The notes: generated from the letters alone by a model not told the origin. Positions 27,700 through 39,079 are shown, counted from the whole stretch's first letter. The stretch: DNA of 59,858 nucleotides, filler included, from Basidiobolus ranarum (GCA_040143965.1; 5 parts of 5 records of this genome joined end to end with filler, not necessarily neighbours in it), one strand, 5' to 3'. Numbers and translations: made by a program.

Positions 27700-28880
27700 T
27701 TAGGACATGGCGCTATCCCATAAATTACGTCCAATGGTGATTTTAATGAGCTTGAGAAGGCGCGCGTCCCAACCAACTGTATACACGCTCTTAGGCCAAC
27801 GTGAGGTCAGTCCGTGAGTTAAGGCATCAATTACATGTTCTGATGTAGGGGCGGTTTTGGCCAAATGCTCTACTCGAGTAGACATCTCGTCAAGTCCTTT
27901 GACATAATACTTCAGGAGGTTCTCATTTAGCATCCCAGTAAATATGGTTTCTGCGAGCTCCACGAAATCCTGCGACCATTAAAGGGGATTGATGAGCTAA
28001 GGAACTGTTGCGATTTAATCATTGTATAGACTTACCTCAGTTATCACTTTCTGGTGAGGGCTTTGAAATGTTGAACGAAATACACCTATCAATCATTAGG
28101 GAACATATGTGTAAGTATGGTGTATACGAGTAATCAAATCATTTAAATATCTTAATTACCAGGTTCTATGACACAACTAACAACTCCGATTTTACTCAAC
28201 TCCCGACGCCACACATCAGTGATGAGGCCAATGGCGTTCTGGGTCGGACTATGAACACCCGAGTTTCTGTATAACATCCGTTGAGTCATAGAACCAATAT
28301 TAATGATTCTACCTCTACTCTCACATAATAGAGGTAGTAGTTCTTGAGTGAGTTTGACAGCTCCAAAAAGTCGAACCTCAAGTGCGTACTTGATGTAAGC
28401 GTGACACATGAGCTCGTTAGGCAAGCTGGAATTTACACCAGAGTTATTGATAAGTGCTATCAAAGGAATGCCTAGTTCTTTCAAGGTGTTGGAGATGAAT
28501 TGTTTGGCACTGAGGATGGTCGAAGGAGCTGAAAGATTCAGAATAACTGGAATGATTTTTCCACTTCGTTTGACCACACCCAAGTCCTCTTCCAAAAATA
28601 CTCGCTTAGTTAACTCCTCTAAGGATTCTCCCTCTTCTTGGTTCCGTATCCCTGCTAATACTGTATATCCCATTTTTACCAAATGAAGTGCTATATCTCT
28701 GCCGGCGCCACTTCCAGTTCTAGTTATCATGACTGCTGGGTGGGCAGATTCTGTTGGGCAGTGAACAGGTAAAGGTGGAGTGCCATCAAGGAAGAAATAG
28801 GTTAACAAGTGTTTAAAGTAGTGAAGTATGTAAAGGATCTTTTCTAGAAGAAACAGGGACCAGGTGGAAAGAGTAGACAT
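27700..28880 (-). CDS. Short-chain dehydrogenase/reductase (retinol/17-beta-HSD-like) with degenerate catalytic motifs (3 exons)
   Basis: AVMITRTGSGAGRDIALHL, LINNSG, RGRIINIGS, WRREL...VIEPG and C-terminal PKSVYTVGWDA. Introns at about 28086-28158 and 27971-28035. Confidence 0.82.
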
Positions 28881-30389
28881 GGTCGTAAAGGTTAGAGTTT
28901 GTATATTTCACGTATGAGTTAGTTCACTTTGAATTATTAAGAGTTATTGTTTTGCCCTAAGTAAAGCGAAGGTAGCTTGTGTTAAATGTTGGGAAGATAC
29001 AGGGCTGGTTCAAGGAGAGTTTACAAGGGTTTCTAGAAGTAGGTAATTTAGAGTGAAATATACGTTATTAGCGTGGGATTATTAGAGAGAAGGTGAGGAA
29101 AGGAGAACAAGGAAATAACAGGGTGGGAAGACCAGTAGCTTATATGTAGAAGCATGATGATGTGTGGCAAGCTAAATTGAACAGATTTCCTAAACATGGC
29201 CAAGTGAATGCTTCCGACCCATTGAGTATGCATCTATTATTACTATCTACCTTATTACAACATCAAGAAATAACTAGCAATTTCCGAAAAAAGATTTCAT
29301 GCAGGCCGGTACCATATTATCAAATAACAAATACTTTTAGCAGGGCTACCAGGACTGACTAACCAGTATCGAATTATTGTTCAATGATTCGGATAGATAC
29401 GAGACAGATAGTCAATTAGCAAACCTATCATCGATGCTTCCATGTGCTACACAACTATATCCGAGATGCCCTGCAACTTTCGAAGACACATGAATTTCAT
29501 GTGAAAAGTGGATCTGAAATTCAGTTGCTCTGTTTGCTTTATTCCCTTTGCCTTGCAATCAATCGCTGCATTATGGTAAGACATTCTCATTGGAGCATCT
29601 CTATCAGGATGCATTTGAATTTCTACGTATTGTACAGAGCTTCGTGCTGGAAGGATCTAGATAACCTGCTACCCATCCCAAACGTATCACGCTGATCCAA
29701 GTTCGAATCATTATTATGTATTGTCTTAAAGCACCAACTCAACCCCTGCTAAGCGGAATATATAGCATAACGAGAGCTGATCCGTCGACGAAGGATTTGC
29801 AGATTCATTATTCTCCTACAAGAGAGAGTAGTAGGCACACCTGATCCCTTATTCCTATCCGAGCTTAGGCTGCGATCTATTCCGCTTCTCTCGTTGATTA
29901 GAAAGAATACCAAGAGATGCTGTGGAAGTGATTGATGTCTCGCTAGCTTGATCGAGAGAGCGATGAGGAGGGAATCTGCTTGGGCGTACCCTGGCTACAT
30001 ATCGGAAATCATTGATGACCCAAGCCCGTATTGGGTTCTATTGCCACTGTCAGGTGAGGACGATTTGAATGCAGTTATCGTCCTGAATCTATGCTCGAGG
30101 ATTTCGAGTAGGCTTCAGGCTCGTTGTTTGAGAGCGTATCTAAATAAACTTAAAAAAGATCCAATTTGCTTCGAACCCGAGGGTGCCAGTGCTCATTTAA
30201 CCATTTTCTAGAATAGCCAGGTAATCCACAAACTTTATAAATTGAGAAGATTAGCTTTGTCTTCTCAGGTATCGAGACACTGACAGCGATATCCCGCAAA
30301 GAAAAGAACTGACACTTCACATTTCTCAGCAACTATGCAAGTGACAAGCTTTATTGAAGGTGTATTTAGAATGCATAAGATATATACTA

Positions 30390-30944
30390 TCAGGATAATA
30401 ATCCAACACTAGATTTCAGAAAAGTGTAGATCACCTTGGTGATAGCACTCAATCCCAATCGAATAATAGACCCTTTTGAGCCTTTCTCAGTGATAATTTT
30501 GCGAATCAGTCTCAAGTCCCCTTTGGATAAACTCAGACGAAACAGAATTTTTGGTCGACTACCAATTGCTGACTCTAGCGCAAACCTTGAGCCTGGGATC
30601 AAACTGAGAAGCTTTTTAGTCCCCAGTAGCAAAGGTACAAGAAGCCTATCCCTGTCCTCAGAATCGAATTCGGACTCATTGAGAAATTTCGAGACATGGG
30701 TATATTGATTGTCTACTGTACCAACAATATCGGCAGTGGGATTCTCTAGGGTTACTTCAAACAAAAAGTCGTCCTGGGGAAACAGGATATCTCGAATATG
30801 GTTTTCTAGGTTCTCATTTCTGGGTGCTTTTGCCAACTCCCTTAGTGGGGAGCATTGAGTATCTTGACATAGTAGAAGCATGCAAAGACCTAACAAAATG
30901 ATGCGTTTTTTCCAACCTGAGAGATAGCTTGAATAAGAATCCAT
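30390..30944 (-). CDS. Hypothetical secreted protein (~184 aa)
   Basis: MDSYSSYLSGWKKRIILLGLCMLLLCQDTQC-SPL looks like a signal peptide. TATA-like AT-rich runs lie just upstream. No family recognised. Confidence 0.55.
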   Translation of the reverse strand: MDSYSSYLSGWKKRIILLGLCMLLLCQDTQCSPLRELAKAPRNENLENHIRDILFPQDDFLFEVTLENPTADIVGTVDNQYTHVSKFLNESEFDSEDRDRLLVPLLLGTKKLLSLIPGSRFALESAIGSRPKILFRLSLSKGDLRLIRKIITEKGSKGSIIRLGLSAITKVIYTFLKSSVGLLS

Positions 30945-32902
30945 GTTACTTGTGCCCTGTTGTTGATTGAGTCGTCTTTCGCTTAAATATATGTGCCTTG
31001 TGCTTTGAAACAACATCAAGAGCGAAGACAAATGTTTCAAACTATATAATGACGAGAGTAGTGTGGCACATCTGTATTTGGTGACGAAGCAAGCAAGCAT
31101 TCAAAACCGGGGTAAAATTGTAGGATATATGGGATTCAATGAAAGTAGCTACTTTATTGGGCTGCTTTGAGTAAGATGATTCACAATAATTACTGCACAT
31201 ATATACATATACCATATGATGTTCAGAAGTGGCTAGTGAGCTGGGATCTTACTAGAGGAGAGGGAATAAGCCTCGCTAATCTCCGCCCACTTCAATGCAA
31301 ATCAAGCAGCGTCTCTTCAGTTGGCTTTACTCATGGATTTTCTACTCTATTTGGTTAGCAATTCGATTATTTTTTTGTCAAAGTCTGTGTATTTGCTTGT
31401 TATGATACATGTCTCTTGCTCTGACGAGAAAGCCTCACATAGATGGTTACACCTTCGCTTCTAACTACACCGTTAGTAAGACTGCTTTATCCCCTTGACA
31501 GCGACACTATCCGGTAAAATCGCGAAGATATTCTTGAAGCTTGACTCGGCATCTTTTGAGAGCCAAAAGGGTTCTTTCAGTAACTGCTACTCTTGGTGAA
31601 GATGATGTTGATTTGATTGTCTGTATATACAATATCAACAAATGACATACTTTCAACATGAAGCCACTGATGTTTTCCTTATCTATTATGATTGGCTCAA
31701 CTGATGTTATTACAGGTAATATGGAATGTTTCCAATGTGGCGAATGCGGATGCTGATGAAGCAGAATTCGGTTCGTCCAGCATTCGCCGATGATGGCACT
31801 GCCTCAGGACACTTAGATACCAACTATGATGTGCTTTACCATTAACAGTATAGCTACCATGCCGGTGTCATCAGTGCTCGCACTCGCACATGATTCAACC
31901 TGACTAAATGATGAGGAAGCTATCCCTAAAAAACAGGAAACAGGCTCTTTGTTGAAAAAGACTACTCCACCAGGTCCCAGACACATCTGGTGTCACTTCG
32001 AGTTGTGCACAAAGATCGGTTAAGCATAAAAAAAGAGAGCACAACAGATGGGGATACGCCCATGTAGTGACTCTTACGTTAGCGCCATGCACATGCCGTA
32101 CCATGCCTACCCTAAGCAGTGTAATTCCCAGTCTCCAGCGGTGGAATATAATTACCACATTCGTAGCCAAGGGTGTACACTAATCTAAATGGTCTTATAT
32201 CTGACCCAAATATTCTAAATTAGGCTTGAGTTTGGCCGCAGGGTGGTTACACTCAAAATTCGATACTGTCAGCGTGTGTTGTAATTGTGAGAATCAATTA
32301 GTCACCTGCCTGGACCTGGGGAATCCTCTTTGAGTTCCTGACAAGCCTTGGCTTTCACTCGCTTGATTGTTGCGTGAAAGTGGGGCAATTTATTACATCT
32401 CCTTGATTGCGATTTATTCGGCATAGCTTTATTATTGTCGTTTAACTTATCCTAAACGAGCTAGAGAGCCAAGCCCAATGCAACTTCGTCGTAGTGCCAT
32501 GGGCGTATCAGCAGATCAATGGGATAGTAAACGCTGTACGATTCTTCTGCAGAACATATTGAATTAGGGAGATATCAGGTATAAAATCGAATTTTAATAA
32601 AAGTCATGTGGGCTGGAATGCTTACATCGAAAAAGGCCTTACAAACCAGATCAAACCTAGACAACCATATTTATGGGGCGTCCCAATAAGTGTTCGTGAC
32701 GGGCCCTTCCAAGGTAGGAAAATGAATCATGAAATTTTTGAAAGGAGGCACGCATATAAAAGTGCTGCTACTGCTGTACGCAAAATTAACAAACAATTTC
32801 GAGTTGACCTCGCTGGACCATCTCTCTCTTTGCAGTTTCATCTCATTTTTCGAGTAGATCTCGTTCTCTGTTTACAAAGTTTAAAAACACTCTTTTGCCA
32901 AT

Positions 32903-33526
32903 ATGCAACTTGTAAAATCTTCCATCATCTTTACCATTGCGCTAGTCGCTATGTGTAAGCTCGTCAACCCAGCTCCCATTGCTAGTGTTGCCATAAATCC
33001 AACTCAGCAAGATATTAACTCTGGCGTAAACTCTCAAAACCCAGTTGCCTTCGCTACCGGAAATTTTCTGCCAAAGCGATTAACCTCTAGAGGTTACAAA
33101 AGAAAGGGTAACAAAAACAACGGCGGCCAAAGTGACTCAGGAAATCAGACCAACTATGGCCCAACCACCTCATCCACCAGTAGTAGTGCTAAACCCACCT
33201 CCCCTGCAGGAGGTGGTGGTTACTCTGGTGATGGCACCTACTACAGCCCAAGTGTTGGAACTAGCGCATGTGGTACAACCTCTGCTGATACAGAACTTGT
33301 TGCTGCTATTAACGCTCCTCAATGGGGCGCTTCCGCTAACCCAAACAACAGTCCATCCTGTGGAAAATGTGCCAAAGTAACTGGACCCAATGGTACCGTT
33401 ACTGTAAAGATTGTTGATAAATGTCCAAGTTGCGCATATGGTTCCTTGGATTTGAGTCCAACAGCTTTCAGCAAGATCGCAAGTCTTGATGCCGGCCGTG
33501 TTCAAATCACTTGGAGTTATTGTTAA
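32903..33526 (+). CDS. Secreted expansin-like / loosenin-type DPBB (RlpA-like) protein
   Basis: Signal peptide, KR-containing propeptide, S/T/G linker, then GDGTYY...ACG...CGKC...VKIVDKCPSC..GSLDLSPTAF...GRVQITWSY. TATAAAA near 32755. Confidence 0.92.
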   Translation: MQLVKSSIIFTIALVAMCKLVNPAPIASVAINPTQQDINSGVNSQNPVAFATGNFLPKRLTSRGYKRKGNKNNGGQSDSGNQTNYGPTTSSTSSSAKPTSPAGGGGYSGDGTYYSPSVGTSACGTTSADTELVAAINAPQWGASANPNNSPSCGKCAKVTGPNGTVTVKIVDKCPSCAYGSLDLSPTAFSKIASLDAGRVQITWSYC

Positions 33527-33999
33527 CACTTGACATGAATATATTTATCTCAGTGGATTTACTCCTTAAGAATGAATTCGTTCTTTTGTGTTTCTTTCTC
33601 TTCCACGCAGTCATAACTTTATTTCCAACGTTCCATTAGGGAATATCCATCCTTTTAGGATTAGTTTATCTGCAAGAAAAATAAAATCATCAATTATCCA
33701 TGAACTCTTCTTATAGCATGCTGGCTCTGTATCGACCAACTGAACTCATTATATGTGCCCTTTGGTATCTGACAACATTTATATAGGTAGTTTGGTTACT
33801 GGTAGGAAAGAAATGAGAATATTAGAAAATTATGTGTACAAAACTCTCATTAGGAGGACGGTTTTTAAATTGCCTAAGCTACAGCTGATTAGATCATATA
33901 TGAGGAGCATGATATATTGAATGCAAGGAAGTAAAAAAGGGGAAACCAATCGCATGTGTGTACAGTAAAATTCATATTTAAAGGGTGAAGAGGACCGAT

Positions 34000-35929
34000 T
34001 CAATCATACTCCTCCTCACTCAGAACGCTCTTAAAGCTGAAGGGAGTGTATTTGTATCCTGATCCCTCATAAAATTTGTTATTGAACTCAACCCAATGCA
34101 AACGTAAAGCATGTAGAAATGCGGAAAGTCCCTCCATTATCATCAGAATACTCACAGTCAATACAAACCACACCGCAAAACCTGCCCAAATAGCAACGAT
34201 ACATACTGGAAATGGCAACGAGAGTACGATCTTTAGCGTCATATCCCATAGTACGCTCGAGAGCTGAGCGTGAGCTAGCGATAATGCCCACAAGCGAAGA
34301 TAAGACGCAGTGTTTGAAATACAACTGAGACAAAATTCGATGGAATGTATCATTTGATAAATTATTATGTCGCCGAAATCCCACTCTTCTTCCTCTTCTA
34401 TTTCTTCACATATTACTTGAACTGAACCGAGTTCATTCTTTTTGTTTTTCACATCTTGGCTCTCGTTGTACGCATTATATGAGACTTCGACATGTTTAGG
34501 CTTGGCATTCTCCGAATCTTCATAACTGGTATGCTTTCTCTCTTTTTGACGGTTCCTATGTCTTAAGATGAGAGGTTTAGCCAGCAACATCCAGGGAATA
34601 CAGAGTGCAGCAACGAAAATAAGCACTAGCTGGACAGTCCCTTGGCCTGGATACAGTTGATCTTGAGGACTTACGCTTCCAGGACTCAAAAACATATATA
34701 TGAGCATGTTTAACAGACTTGGTGGACCAATCGACTGCCCACTCCAATTGATTAACCATTTGTAGATGATACAAACACAAAGATATCCAAAGATGCATTC
34801 CATAAATAGGAGCTGCGGGAGGAATTCGGCCACAATAGCATACCCCTGACGAAAGTGCACATGATTATAGACGGTTAGAATAACCCCCAAGGACATCTGT
34901 AGCACCCCTAGAATCACTGACATCTTCATTTTATACGAGTTTGTAAAGATCAAGTAGTTATCAGCTCCATGCCATGCTGAATCTAAACCAAATGGATAAA
35001 CTCCAACCGGCTTAGCTTCTACAGGTTGGCCACTAGGAAAGTCTGTAGGCCAGATCCATCCAGAGGGAAATATGGAAAGAGAATAAGAAAATATGTCATT
35101 GTATATGAGTCCTGTGAAGATGGAAAACAACCCCATTAAGAGGAGAATATACCGTCCCTTGAATGTCATGGAGAATATCTCACCACCGTTGAACTGTGCC
35201 ATTGACTTTTCACTGAGGACTAACCACAGAGCAAACGCAGTCATAAGAATACCGTGCCCCAAATCACCAAACATAACCGCAAATAGAAATGGGAAAGTAA
35301 TGACGGTGAAAATTCCAGGGTTAACTTCGCCATATCTTGCCATTCCATAAGCATCTACGATATTCTGAAAGCCCGCACTGAATTTGTTCGTACGGTGGAA
35401 TGTCGGTGGCTCTCTCTTTGTTTGTAGAGGGGTTAAGATCGGATAGATTTGGGACCCCGTGCTTTCAGCAGCTTCGCGAAGCGAGAGTTGAGCCAGGGGA
35501 ATGTCATTTGAAGGACACCATCCTTCAGCAATAAGACATCTACGAGTGGGGTCGTAATTGAATAAGTTCATGGTATGATAGATAGCTTTCTCTTTGGTGA
35601 TCATTATCATCCAACCTGACAGTTTTCTAGCGATTTTCTCCAATTCTGCACGCCTTATTTGCTTTGTCTTTTCCAGGATCTGGCTGAGGTCTGATAGCCT
35701 TGAGTCAATATCTAAAATACGCATACGCCTCTGTGTGGGGTTGGTATTGATCGGGTAGAGAGATGCACCCATTGCTTCGGTAATTTTCCTGATTTTGGAA
35801 AGTATCTCTTGACCATGTGCGAAGATCACGAATGAAGATTTGTGTAACCGATTACCACTTTGCCAATCAGTTAATCCTTCTGAGATCTCGTTTTGGTGCA
35901 TATACAAATTACCACGCAATGTTCTCCAA
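34000..35929 (-). CDS. VPH1: V-type H+-ATPase V0 subunit a (5'-truncated at contig end)
   Basis: PPTFHRTNKFS.GFQNIVDAYG, FPFLFAVMFGDLGHG, NSYKMKMS, SNTASYLRLWALSLAH (essential Arg present), LRLHWVEFNNKFY. Confidence 0.96.
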
Positions 35930-36029
35930 NNNNNNNNNNNNNNNNNNNNNNNNNNNNNNNNNNNNNNNNNNNNTTAATTAATTAANNNNNNNNNNNNNNN
36001 NNNNNNNNNNNNNNNNNNNNNNNNNNNNN
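35930..36029. other. Artificial contig spacer
   Basis: N44-TTAATTAATTAA-N44. Confidence 0.98.
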
Positions 36030-36500
36030 GAGAAGCATATAGCTTCAGTTGAGAAACGTCACAATGGACAACAACATGTTGCTTCAGTTGAGAAGCGTCA
36101 CAATGGTGAAAAGCATGTTGCCTCGGTCGAGAAACGTCACAATGGCGAAAAACAGGTTGCTTCAGTCGAGAAACGTCACATTGGTCAAAATCATGTTGCA
36201 CCGGTTGCGAACCGTCACAATGGCCAAACACATTTTGCTCCAGTCGAGAAACGTCACAATGGCCAACAACATGTCGCTTCAGTCGAGAAACGTCACAATG
36301 GTGAAAAACATGTTGCCTCGGTTGAGAAGCGTCACAATGGCGAAAAACATGTTGCATCGGTTGAGAAGCGTCACAACGGACAACAACATGTGGCCTCAGT
36401 CGAGAAACGTCACAATGGTGAAAAACATGTTGCCTCAGTCGAGAAACGTCACAATGGCCAACAACATGTTGCTTCAGTAGAAAAGCGTCATAACGGACAA
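36030..36500 (+). repeat. 39-bp coding tandem repeat, about 12 copies
   Basis: CAC/CAT-AAY-GGN unit starts at 36060, 36099, 36138 ... 36489, an exact period of 39. Confidence 0.95.
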
Positions 36501-36518
36501 CATATTAATACTATCTAA
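36030..36518 (+). CDS. Kex2-processed repeat protein (KEP)-like precursor, 5'-truncated; tandem 13-aa units HNG(E/Q)(K/Q)HVASVE-KR
   Basis: The frame starting at 36030 reads EKHIASVEKR-[HNGQQHVASVEKR, HNGEKHVASVEKR...]x11-HNGQHINTI*. Differences between units fall mostly at synonymous third positions in this frame. Confidence 0.85.
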   Translation, partial: EKHIASVEKRHNGQQHVASVEKRHNGEKHVASVEKRHNGEKQVASVEKRHIGQNHVAPVANRHNGQTHFAPVEKRHNGQQHVASVEKRHNGEKHVASVEKRHNGEKHVASVEKRHNGQQHVASVEKRHNGEKHVASVEKRHNGQQHVASVEKRHNGQHINTI

Positions 36519-36956
36519 TATGATATGATCAGAAATGAGATTAATGATATTTAGATGTATCAGTATACTTGATATATCACCAATAGTAAATATATCCATT
36601 CCTCCTAAACCAATTTAGTTTGTATACTTTAAGATAACCTGGTGATAGATGTTGGTGAATAGTTCCTTAATAAATCTTTTAGATTTTTACATTATTCACA
36701 TAGTATCTTCCGTTACTTTAATCTTCTTTATACTATTCGTTAATGAAGTATAGACTAAATTCAACTTTGAATATAGGATCGTTTACATACTTTAAAGTGA
36801 GTACATTATTGTAGTATTTTGAAATTTGATAAATATTCAGAATGGTAACAATAAATTTGTTAAATAGTACTTTCTTCACAGTAAAATCCCTTTCTAAAAA
36901 AGAACTCGGAATAATAGTGAACATTTTTATTATGTTAAAAGAGATTCTTTACTTGC

Positions 36957-37355
36957 TTAAAGTACTTTCTTACTAACAAACTGACCTCCAGTATTTCCTT
37001 GTCGTACGAAAGTAGTATCATTTTTAGCTAACCAATTTTCAAGTAACTCAAGGTTATAAATGTTCGCTTTGTACATGACATCTAAAATATCTCCAATGAA
37101 GGGAACCAAACCAATGACCGCATCTATAACGACATTAAGTAACATCATGCCAAGTAAGGTAATGGGAATACCAAGTAGGGAAGATAAATAGATTTGATAT
37201 AGCGAGATGAGTAAACCAGCAATATCACCAATACCTGGAATTAACCCTATGATGGGATCTAACCCAATTCCAAACGGTAATCCGGGAATGGCATCCATGT
37301 ATGAGGCAAATCTACGGATGTTATTCAATACACGTTGCTTGGCGTAAGAGTCCAT
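36957..37355 (-). CDS. DUF4112 family membrane protein
   Basis: MDAIPGLPFGIGLDPIIGLIPGIGD...NVVIDAVIGLVPFIGDILDVMYKANIYNLELLE matches the DUF4112 pattern. Confidence 0.9.
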   Translation of the reverse strand: MDSYAKQRVLNNIRRFASYMDAIPGLPFGIGLDPIIGLIPGIGDIAGLLISLYQIYLSSLLGIPITLLGMMLLNVVIDAVIGLVPFIGDILDVMYKANIYNLELLENWLAKNDTTFVRQGNTGGQFVSKKVL

Positions 37356-37680
37356 CTTGGATAATTAAACTTGAGGATGAATATAAATGGTTTCTAGGAA
37401 TGGAAGTTGGATATTGTACTCGTAAACACTCGGGGAAAAGAGCACACCTTTTATCTACCTACATACTAGGTTAAGTCTACCTTTTAAAGAAGGAAAATAA
37501 GTGTCGTCACCAGGGAGTGATTAATGATTTTTTCACCTAATGTACCTGCAGCCCCTTTTACTTCGTCATCTTCATGCCCACCGTCATCGATGTTTAGCTT
37601 AGCTGCGACGAGAATGGAAATATCAAGTTTCGATTTAGACCAACCAACATTGTGTAATATCATGGGAATTTCAATCAAGT

Positions 37681-38442
37681 TTATTGTGTAGATCTTTTGT
37701 ATTCCAGTTGTAATACACCCAATGGGACGTCATCATCTTCACATGGAGAAGGAACAAATGATGGCAAACTCAAAAGGGTCGATCTCCATGGTGGTTCAAG
37801 ATTAAGGCCTTTAGTGATCATCAAGGATTGTGCTTTGTGAATTATTTGATGAATAAGTAGAATTGAATGAAGTCGACGATGTTCACCATCTCTTAATTTC
37901 TCTAATCCATTAAAATATGCAATTTTGATTAAACTGATGGTTTGTAATTCTGTTACTAAGTGAGAATTGATGTCTCGATAAAACGCTGGCTTAGATGCTA
38001 CCCAAGCTTTAGCGCTACCCCTGCCCCTACCCCTATCCCTGTCCCTATCTGGAGCTCGACCCCTAATCCTGATCTCTTCTTGGTGAATAGTGTCAATATT
38101 TATGGCACTCTCTAAATTAGTAAGATTTCTCCTATCCTTTTCATTTCTTGATTTGGAGTTGGATGCTGAACGAGAAGCGGCACGTTTACTAAATAATCGC
38201 CAACTTCCCCGCTTTGACCTTAACAAACGACCCCAAGAGTGGAATAATATAGAAGTCAGCTTTCTAAAGTTCAACCTTGAATTGGTAACAGAAGAATTGG
38301 TCTCGGTAGTGAATTGGATAGAGATATTGGAAGTGGTTTCCTTTTCAGAAGCATGAAACTTTTGCCTTAAATGGGTCGAATTTTCAGATTTATCAAAGTT
38401 GAAGTTGTATCTTAATTCATTTGACTCGTCCGACATTGACAT
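37681..38442 (-). CDS. Hypothetical protein (253 aa)
   Basis: Long ATG-initiated ORF with an RD/RG low-complexity tract and a C-terminal DDDVPLG motif often seen in fungal disordered proteins. Confidence 0.65.
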   Translation of the reverse strand: MSMSDESNELRYNFNFDKSENSTHLRQKFHASEKETTSNISIQFTTETNSSVTNSRLNFRKLTSILFHSWGRLLRSKRGSWRLFSKRAASRSASNSKSRNEKDRRNLTNLESAINIDTIHQEEIRIRGRAPDRDRDRGRGRGSAKAWVASKPAFYRDINSHLVTELQTISLIKIAYFNGLEKLRDGEHRRLHSILLIHQIIHKAQSLMITKGLNLEPPWRSTLLSLPSFVPSPCEDDDVPLGVLQLEYKRSTQ

Positions 38443-38958
38443 GATACGATGCTATGTGTATGTGAGTGTGAATGTGAATGGGATGAAAATGGCTTTACCA
38501 GATTATTAGATTACTAGGTTACTTTATACAGGTACTGCTCAATGAAGAACAATCAGAGGAAGTCAGGGAAAGTGGGATGTTCAATTACTGATATAGTTTA
38601 CTGCAGACAGGACTTGTGACTCCATCTTATATACACCAATATGAAATAAGAAAATCACAACGTTAATTCGTATTAAAGATGAAACAAGAACCTGTTGATA
38701 CTTCAGTGTGTGGCTGGGGTCCTTCTCGACTAGGCAAAATGACCAGATAGTGTTTGGGCTAAACACCACCAATTCTATATATAGTCCATCGATTAATCAT
38801 GTATTTTACCACAAGTACTAATTCATCTTCTTTTTAGTAGTCGATGTGATCAATTAGTGAGTGATAAGAAGCCAGTTTCAATCAAGTTTCCGAAACAAGT
38901 GGATATTGTATTCTTTCATACTTCGGATAAATTCACACCAACAATTCACTAGTAATAT

Positions 38959-38966
38959 TGAGTCAT
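38959..38966. promoter_or_regulatory. Gcn4/CpcA-type element (TGAGTCAT, reverse complement ATGACTCA) upstream of trpB
   Basis: Perfect TGASTCA core about 115 nt upstream of the trpB ATG. TATAAAA at 39012-39018. Confidence 0.45.
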
Positions 38967-39079
38967 ACAAGGCGTTGGGAATATTAGGATGTATTGAATC
39001 AGGGAAACCTTTATAAAATAAATGGACTTCGGTTTGAAAAGGAAAAAGGAAACGGCTTTTTTCTTATCTTTTTACTACT

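Noticed and set aside
36049-36480. ORF-track repeat proteins MRNVTM... (+) and MQHVFRHCD... (-, 35974-36357)
   Set aside because: Shadow frames of the 39-bp repeat. Variation between units is largely synonymous only in the 36030 frame.
36030-36500. Possible CRISPR array
   Set aside because: The units are head-to-tail with no unique spacers, the period is a multiple of three, there are no cas genes, and the context is eukaryotic.
38015-38050. CCCTAY-type hexamer runs here and at 54258-54294, similar to 59383-59440
   Set aside because: Short simple repeats with no shared flanks. The one at 38015 just encodes RDRDRGRGRG. There is no evidence of a dispersed element.
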